Shown here: positions 54,766 to 64,000 of the stretch, in pieces
Layout of the letters: every line of letters begins with the position of its first letter
Position numbering within the stretch: the first letter of the stretch is position 1
DNA from: Chrysomallon squamiferum
Taxonomy: Eukaryota > Animalia > Mollusca
DNA length: 64,000 bases
Assembly: GCA_012295275.1 (NCBI GenBank)
Contig: CM022665.1
Span: 14,322,001-14,386,000, forward strand
Direction of reading: 5' to 3'
The notes under the pieces: model-generated
What the model was told of the DNA's origin: nothing
Seen by the model: the letters and a program-made list of their open reading frames with translations, nothing else
Databases searched by the model: none
Translations under genes and position numbers: made by a program

Positions 54766-55371
54766 TAAATAAAAAAAAAAAAAAAAAAAAATACACTGCC
54801 TTATTTCATCTTCTGGCAGAGCGAATCAACAGTTAATTTTAGAAATATTACACATAGCCTCTATGTACTACATAAAACTTACATTATAACAACGACATTA
54901 ATAACATTTAAAATAACGATACTGATGACGTAATAATAAGGATACGACGATGACGATGAAGATGATGATGAAAATAGTAATAAGACATACCCCCACCTAC
55001 AATACACGCGTTCCACCAACTTTATTCCCTTTATCACTGACAGAGATTACAATGTGTTACAGTTAGTTCGTTTCTCGGTGATATATTTTCCTGTATGACG
55101 TCACGCCGATTTACTCAGTTGTTGAAAACTTTAAATACTTTATAATTGGGCGGAAATTTGGCATCGGTTTGTAGCTGGGACCAGTCTGACAAACATGGAA
55201 GTCACTGCAAATGTCACGGTGGAAGTACGTTTATACATGACTCAGCGACTGCGCTAATGTAAGCGATGTGTTGTAGGAAGTAGGTCGGTTCTTGTAATAT
55301 CGTACTGTTAATACTACTGGTAAGGTAAGTTTTTTTCTCTGATTTTGTTGCCCTGTGTCTCTCATTCTGTA

Positions 55372-55456
<85 letters not shown>

Positions 55457-56614
55457 TACACACACACACATACTCGCGCGCGCGCGCCATCACACTCTCT
55501 CTAATATTTTCTCACTCTCATTTTTCTTTCTTTCTTTCTGTTCTGGTTTCGTCTTTGAGCTTAATTCGTGACATTGTCTCATTCATTACACACGGCGAGC
55601 AGTGTATGTCCCATCTGTGAGAAAACACCAACGTCTTTGCTGCTGCGGTCGTCAGCCTGTTCATGTTGGCGTCGCTGCTAACAAACACAAATACTGACTC
55701 AAAAAGGCACAAAAGTTTATGACTTTCCTTTTAAAACCTTCATGATATTTTAATTTAAAGGTTTGACTCAAAAAACCTTTCTTTCTTGAAACTGAATGAA
55801 CGGATAAAGGAATTTATTAATGATTGTTAAAAGCAGACAAAAGAAAGCAAACGTTAATACTGGTGTGGATGCAAGAATAAATATATATAGAAAAAAAAAG
55901 GAATGAATCGATGAACGGATAAACGAATAGAGTGATGAATGAATGAACGAAAGAATGAGCAAAAGAAAAAAATTATCAGAAAAGTAAAACATTACATTTT
56001 TTTTTTTTTTTTTTTTTTTTCTAAGCTGCAGATCCGTCATCGTATTTATGCGAGTTTTATATACAAAACTAGTATTGCTAATACTGTGTTGTAAATGAAG
56101 GGTAAGAGGATATAACTGCCAGGCAGTCAAATGTTTTAAGTGTCATCCTATCTACATCTCTAATGCTTTTAAGCATTTCCACAGATGTTCATAATTTAAC
56201 GAGCACCATTTTTGCAAACATATCACGTGACCCAGTAGACTGGAACACGTCGTTAACGGAACATCATTTAACAGTCTGTCATCAACAGCAGATGCGTTAA
56301 CCTCCTCGTCAGTTTGAGAAAGTGAAACAAACACGAGATTACCCCCCCCTTCATCCCCTTCACCCCGTCTCCTACCTCCACTTGCTGTCTACACCACTTC
56401 AAAGAGCAGAGAGGTGAAAGCAGACATTTACAGTTCGTTGTAGTTTTTAGAATCTGCCCCAACTCATAAACTCTCTTTCTAACAACAAAGTGAGTTATTT
56501 TGGGAGAAAAAAGTACTTGCTTTAAAAATAAAACAATATTTATGCTTTCATGAACTGACGATGTGGATTGTTTACACACACTTATTTTATTTATTTATTC
56601 TTTCTTTCTTCTTC

Positions 56615-56655
<41 letters not shown>

Positions 56656-56745
56656 TTGTGTGTGCAGAAATCAAAATATTCGCTCTGTGATATTTTCCAG
56701 TTGCTTGTATGTTCTTCTTCACAATTTATTTTCTTTTAATAATAA

Positions 56746-56820
<75 letters not shown>

Positions 56821-57306
56821 GACCATTCTTCCTTTGTCTTTCACTCTCTCTTTCATTCTCATTCTCTCTCTGCTTCAGACGTCGTATTCGATTTTTTTTT
56901 TTTATTTTATTTTTTTAAATCTCTCTCGTGATGCGGCATTAAATATAAATCAAGATAATATAACAGTGTACCATTGTAAATGTGTTGTAAATAACCTTTC
57001 CCCATGACGATACTGAATCACTTGTGCAAGAACTGAAATAGCAGAAACGTCTCTCTGGTACATTAAGACTATTATCATTCTTTCAGGGCTTAACTGGTTT
57101 CTAATTCACCGGATCATAATCCGCTTTATTCTTAATGACTTGAACTGCTAAACTGCGGTTTTATTATTGAAACATTTCATTGTTTTCAACAAAGTTCATC
57201 AAAGCGAGCTTTGGACATACTTAACATAATTAGGATTGGACTGAAAACGCAAGAGAACACGTAAAACGCATGCCATTAATATTAAGGTGGGCGAATTAAT
57301 CAAGTG

Positions 57307-57339
<33 letters not shown>

Positions 57340-57534
57340 ACAACATGTCAGAAAGATAATGAATATTTTGTTTTCTTTCTTTTCATGTTTGGAGCAAACA
57401 AAGGTCCAAACACATTTTCATGGCAAAGAATTGTGAAAATAGAGTGATCACTCATTTCTGAGTTAAACATCGTACAATGTGAATAATCTCGGGTTTCATT
57501 TCTCTTCAGCACAGATGAAAATATCAAAGATCAA

Positions 57535-57805
57535 TAGGTCAGTCGAGTTACATAGTCAGTAAGTCAGTTATTACTTAAAAAGTTAGTCAGTTGGTCAGTC
57601 CAACAATTTGTCAGTCGTCTATTGGTTAGTCACTCACTCAGCAGTCATTGAGTCAGTCAGTCAGTCAGCAGTCAGTCATTCATTCAGTCAGTCAGTCAGT
57701 CAGTCATCAGTCAGTTAAACATTAAATCAGAGTCAGTCGTTCATTCAGTAAGTCATTTCACTTGTCGGCCAGTCAGTCAGTCAGTCAGTCAGTCATACTC
57801 AGTTA
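57535..57805. repeat. Degenerate (AGTC)n tetranucleotide array
   Basis: Runs of CAGTCAGT with interruptions. Confidence 0.9.
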
Positions 57806-58567
57806 AAAGTTAAATAAATGAACAACGCACATGCTAACGTCTAGTGAAAGTGCAAGCACGTTTGTCGTGGGTCCACCACCATCTCGGCGTGCACGTCCAC
57901 GACTGACGAACATTTCAGAAACGACACAAGGGAACTGAGTTAACGACATCTGAGGCGAAGGAAACCGTTTGATCTTCTCACAAGCTCTGAGCTAAGTCAT
58001 CGGGGCGCGGCGGAGGAAAGAAAAGGAAAGCAAATGTCAGTGGACCAAAAAAAAAAACTTCGGAGAACTATGTTGCAGCAGAAGAAGGTGCGGCCATTTT
58101 CTTTGACGTGTATGTACCAAGGCAAAGGGCAACTGCAGTGCACGTCCGTAGCATTTCACGTTTTCGCTAATGAAGGCGTCCTGAAGAAACACAGATGTCG
58201 CAGTGCGCGTAGGTCACGAACGAAAACTTTATATAAATGATCGTGATTGTAAAATTTAGTGAGAGTTTTAGAAGTAGAGTTAGTTTTACGTGCTTGTTTA
58301 GGTTTCTCATATCAGAAATAACGGCAGTAGTACTTAGTGGTTGTTGCTGCTACATAGTTGTAGAAGTTTTTGAAGTAGTGGTAGTAGCAGCTGCAGCAGC
58401 AGCGGCAGTAGTAGTAGAAGTACTAACAGTAGTATCATAAAAAGAAAAAAGTAGGATAAAATAATAATAATGGTAATAATGCATTACAAAAAAAAATGTA
58501 AACAATTATAATAATTACAGAAATATTTATACAACCAGTAATGTCAAAAAGAAACCCAAACAAAAAC

Positions 58568-58625
<58 letters not shown>

Positions 58626-59012
58626 GAAAGAAATGAAAAATATAATTTAAACTTAGAAATGGAAACAGAAACAGCATTCCCTCTCCACCACAAAATGTAA
58701 TTGCGTTAAGGATGTAACATGTTGGGACACTAACAACACGTTTTCACTTTATTTCACTGGCGATGTATTGAAATAGACAGGAATGGCTTCAGTTATTTAC
58801 ATACACGATAGAAATAGATCACTACGCCATGTTGTAATGAATTAAACCTGTATTTCTGTATTTTTTTAAATTTTTAAATTTTTTTTGCTTGTTTTTTTTT
58901 AAAATAAAATAAACAAAATAACGCCAACTGAAAAAAAAAAAAAAAAAAAAAAACTAATAAATATTTTTTTTTTTTTTTTTTTTTTAAAACAGCAGTTAAT
59001 TAAAAATGTTTT

Positions 59013-59084
<72 letters not shown>

Positions 59085-59441
59085 GACGTTGGTTTGTGGT
59101 AAAAAGATATAAAAAGGTTTATAAATTATTTAGATTTTGATTTCGGCAACAGAAATTTTAGGCAATTTTCGAAAATACCTCATCTCTACTCCTCTCAAAA
59201 AACAACAACCCCACATTAATAATAAATAAATAAATAATTACAGAAAGCTATATAATAATAATAATAATAATAATAGTAGTAGTAGCAGTAAAGAGTTGTA
59301 AATTTAATTTACTGGGGAAAAAACCACAAACAAAGCAAAAAAGCAGCTAATATTAACGAGTTTGCTAAAGGAAAGCCATGCCTCTATTATCATATAATTA
59401 TTAAATGAAATCTGATAGTTTTGGAAGATAACCTTTCGATA

Positions 59442-59475
<34 letters not shown>

Positions 59476-60150
59476 ACTGTTGTATTCTGTTATTTAAACT
59501 GTGTATGTATGAGACACACACACACACACACACACGCATGCAAACGCACGCATTCACACACACACGCACGCACACAAAACAAACACAAACACAGACACAG
59601 ACCGAGAGAGAGATTAAGGAAAACATACGCTAGCTCACAAAGAATTGATTTGTTTTCGTATTCCTTTTATCAAGGCGTCCCTCGCGTATTCGTATCTCAG
59701 TCAAAGGTCGAGGGTCAAAGCATGGTTTCCGATGACTACCATGCTGTAGTTTTCTGGGATGGTCGTTAAATAATATCGATCCACTTAGCGTCTGTTGCGA
59801 GTGAACCGTGAGAGTGGAGGGGCGGGTCTAAAGAAGTGGGCTCCAGTCGCCAGTTCACGATCAGAGGGTCTGTTTCCTGAACTCGTGTGTCTCGACTCTT
59901 ACCAATTAAAACAAGGATAGGTTGTCTGTCACCATGTCATCATCATCAAAAACAATATCAACAGCAACAACAACAACAAGAACAAGAGAATGGAGGTGTT
60001 TTGGGTGAAAGGTGTAGAGACTGATTCATGGCAACAACCCCCATTAAATTGGTTGGATGAACAGTTATTATCATAGTTTTACTGATGCAGGTGATCTGCA
60101 GTAGTTAGAGACTTTCATTCGAGAATATGCAGGGGGAGAGGACGGAGTGA

Positions 60151-60231
<81 letters not shown>

Positions 60232-60335
60232 AAAGAAAGAAAGAGTACAGCATATTTCCCTCCTGTATCTTTCAGATTTGAAATTTATGTATGCAAAAAA
60301 AAAAAAAAACTTACACACACACATACGCGCACGCG

Positions 60336-60418
<83 letters not shown>

Positions 60419-60498
60419 CGACAACCAAATTTAACTTAAATTTTCATGTTATAAGAATTGTAATGAAATTTCGCTCAACGAAATTGGGTACCAGTTCA

Positions 60499-60533
<35 letters not shown>

Positions 60534-61569
60534 CGATTTATCATTTAATTGCCTGGACTGCTGAACTGTGAATTAGTTATCCCAGAATAACGTTGTTTAC
60601 AACGACGCGGACAGAAAGAAATAGCCATGATTGAGCGGGATCAAAACTGGGAATTAATGTTACTTGTAACACCTCGGATTTAGTTGTTTCATTATCGTAT
60701 AATCGATTAGTAGTCAGGTGCAAACGCTCAGTCGCTTATGTTATCTATGCACTAAGTATTAACGATATAGATTATAAAAACTGAGGATTTCTTTTATTTC
60801 TTTCATAACTTTCTTTCGTTCCGTTTTTTTTTTTCTTTTTTTTCTTCTCTTTCAGTTTTTCTTTCTTTTAAAATGAAGGTTTCTTGCTTTTTCTTCCTTT
60901 CTTTCTTTTATTTTCTTTTTCTTTTTTTTCTTTCATCACATAGCCTTGTGAATATCTTTTTATGTCAACTTATTTTCTCTTTTCCGTTTCTTTTATCTTG
61001 TACGTCGCTTAATTATCATGGTAATTAATTAATAGTCGAGGCAATGAGTGACGGTTAATTAACACGAAACAGATTGATTTTTGATAGTGTTGATGGATGA
61101 TTGATTGAAATATTACTGACAGACAAAATCAATATCATTTGTTAGGCAGACAAACAATCCACATACACAACCAAGTGATTGCTGGTTTAGATTAATATAA
61201 ACACTGGTCTGGTGTTGATGTCTGAATAGTTGCTTAACGACATCTGAATACATTACTTTATTAATGTCTGTAACAGTTAGTTAGAGTTACTGAGGTAACA
61301 TTGTCTATACTAGTAAGATTAAGAAAAAAACTGAAAAATATATAACAAAAAAACAAAAAAACAAAAAACAAACAACAAACAGCAACTATAGCAACAACGA
61401 CAACAACAACAACAACAACAACAAAAGCAAAATGACAACACATTTCCTTTATTGTTTCTGCAATTAAACCATTGGGATTTCCATCAAAATTAATAGGAGT
61501 TAGCTAAACATTTAGTTATAATTGTTATAAGATGAAATACGATGACGTCATTGCAAGGACTAGCTAATC

Positions 61570-61720
61570 CCGCCGATAAGCAAAAGCGGATCAGTTATGT
61601 ACACCTTCCCATAACCTGGGAAAACACATATTACATCATTTGATAAACTAGTCTGGCAGTTCTGGCTGGAGTAGAAAGTATTCCTAAGAGGAGAACTGAT
61701 TCACGAAACTACAGTCTGGC
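61570..61720 (-). mobile_element. Degenerate SINE fragment
   Basis: TAAGCAAAAGCGGATC...TACACCTTCCCATA...ACACATATTACA...TTTGATAAACTAGTC...CTGGCTGGAGTAGAAA is colinear with the 33735 and 44060 copies. Confidence 0.4.
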
Positions 61721-63080
61721 CTTAGACACAAATAAGTAGTTTATGATACAGATTTACCACATATTATAAAACTGGTAGCCCGGAGTGAATTATTTAGTGT
61801 TAGGACACCTGTACCTCGGGATATATCATTAAAAATGTATAGCTAAACACATACAACGTGTAACTAGCTGGAATATGTTTGTTATGCAAACTACATAAAG
61901 CTTTCTTTTTATATTCGTTTAATTTTTTTTAAAGAAAACAATAACAACAACTACAGCAACAACAACAACAACAACAAAAATAGCTATTTTTTGTTCAATT
62001 AAACGTTTGGTGAAACATTTATTTCGTGTCGCTGTGCTAACAAAGTGTCTAGCTGAAATACAACTCGTTCTTTGTGTGTCTAGGGAAAACACTGACCTGG
62101 TTCTTTAAAAAATGTCTTTTCTTTCTCTCCCCGTGACTTCTTCAATGCGTTATAATAAGCTAAAGGTGCGTTAACACCGCGCAACTCTTTGGTAACAATC
62201 TCTCGCTTATTACAGGAATATGTTAACGCGTTTTTCTTCATGATTTCTGTAAGGTACGAGTTGTGCCGAAGGTGCATTCTTATCTTGTTGGATTCGTTCT
62301 ATAAATGATTTGCAGGAATACGTTTTTGTTTTTCTTTTTTTAAACATTGTACTTTTTTTTTTTTTTTTTTTTTTTTTTACAACTTCGTTTATTCCTTCAG
62401 TACGTTATAATAGCTTAAAGATTAATGCCCACAAAGTCGCTTCGTGGGTTTTCAATCTTAAATAAACTGCAACAAAACTTTCATCTTAAATAAATCTTTT
62501 TTTTACTTCTGACTTACATTTTAAGTCATTTGGCATCTGTTCAAGTATACGTCTTCTGATAAAGCCTTCGCCGTTGTCAGTATAAGGGAATAATAGAACC
62601 AGCCCAGAGAGGATATCTGTAAACAGAAAGCAAGGAAAATGGCAGTCGTCACGTTTGTATTATCGTTATACTTTAATAATAATAAAGGCTGATATATGGA
62701 ACCATGGAATATGTATTTAGCCTGTTTTTAATGTGCCGATGACATGTATACACCATCTGTGTGGATCTGGATGTATATATAGGTATAGGCCTACATGTAT
62801 ATATCTGTGGGTATAAATTGTGTATATCTGTGTCTGTATGTGTATATATGTATGTGTATGTATATATCTCTATATATGTATATATATATGTGTGTGAGTG
62901 TTGTGTTTGTGTGAGTGTTATATATATATAAATACGGGTGTATGTGTGTGTGCTTGTGTAAATGGTGTGTGTCTTGTTATATATATGTGTGTGTTGTTAT
63001 ATATATGTGTGTGTGTGTTATATATATATATATGTATGTGTATGTGTAAATATATTTATGTATGTGTGTGGAAATATGTA

Positions 63081-63130
<50 letters not shown>

Positions 63131-64000
63131 GATGGATGGATGTGTGTGTATGTGTAAAATGAAGATACAGCTTACAGAGGTTACATTCACATGTAGTTCA
63201 CGTGTGCTTAACGTACATGCGCATGACGTAATTCAGTCCAGTGTCTCTGTGGTTTATTATTTCTATTTGTATTTTATCCCAAGGTAGAATCATCAAATTA
63301 AATAAAGTCGTATAACATTTACTGTCATATTTTTAGCACACACAGACACACATACACACACGTATGTACACATATGCATACATATACACACATACACATA
63401 CACAGCTACAGCCAAACCCACACTCACATATTCATAACATATATACACACACAAAAGTACACACAATACATACTATCATTAAAAAAAACCACGACGAAGT
63501 AAATCTGGTTAACTGCGAAATAAATATTCATAAATGTAAATACATAAATAAGTAGGTTAGTAAATAAGTAACTAAGTAAATAAATAATAATAAATAAATG
63601 AAATGAAGCCATCATTTCAAATGTCACTGAAAACCGCCATAAATGTCACCGTCTGTACGCGCCTTTATCCACAGACACACTTTATTATTGGTTCGTAAAG
63701 CGTTTGATGTGCTAGTCTACGTAAACAGCTGTGAAACACGTTTGTAGAGAACACACATTCCAGAGGCGTGGTTTGTCCACCCCAGAAAGTATTAAACTTA
63801 GTCTGTTACTAGATTAGTGGTTTAACACCTCCTAGACTAGCTCTGTTAGGGAGAAGGTACCGAGGCGCGAGCCTGTCTTGATCAGAATTTAAATAACAGG
63901 TCAATGGTTCAAGCACGTCTGCGATGGTCGCATTCTGATGCATTCAGATATTGCATTTTTCTTTAACATTTTCAGTTTGGATGATTAAACTGGAATATAA

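Larger units (their letters stand above)
31516..60415. repeat. Zone of numerous long (AG/CT)n tracts (near 31516, 34610, 35901, 36549, 37887, 38182, 44773, 51625, 52140, 52378, 53979, 54482, 55375, 56749, 59015, 60157), plus (CA)n and (TA)n
   Basis: Visible directly; source of all the ER/SL/HT/CV-repeat ORFs in the track. Confidence 0.95.

Noticed and set aside
62080-62277. 65-aa minus-strand ORF in CpG-rich sequence
   Set aside because: No recognisable domain or convincing splice context; length is within chance expectation.
31422-63627. Dozens of ER/SL/HT/CV/poly-I/poly-F ORFs
   Set aside because: Translations of microsatellites and homopolymers that lack stop codons.

Overview
AT-rich, intron-containing animal genomic DNA. 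It is probably molluscan/gastropod, inferred only from recalled SINE families, microsatellite load and a mosaic CpG pattern. The window has two halves. (1) About 1.5-30 kb is a CpG-depleted domain holding one clear gene, an FRS2/FRS3-family adaptor (FGF receptor substrate) on the + strand. Its whole CDS lies in one exon (17068-18339): myristoylation signal, IRS-type PTB domain, four Grb2-type YxN motifs, three SHP2-type motifs and the RKTRHNS tail. A likely YY1/ETS promoter and first exon lie at ~1.5-1.65 kb, with uORF-rich candidate 5'UTR exons and a possibly very long 3'UTR. (2) About 30-64 kb retains CpG, is very rich in microsatellites and has no recognisable coding exon. It contains many bZIP (CRE/AP-1) sites, enhancer-like islands and a probable promoter plus non-coding first exon (~49.4-50.3 kb) of a second gene whose coding exons were not found here. 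Transposon relics include tRNA-SINE fragments, a MITE, and two fragments resembling mammalian Tigger4/Zombi and Arthur1 consensus sequences as I recall them. The other ORFs in the track are simple-repeat or random artefacts. I found no convincing new biological system. The best leads are the start-codon architecture that may control FRS2 myristoylation, the CpG/microsatellite domain boundary, the CRE enrichment and the possible horizontally shared DNA transposons.
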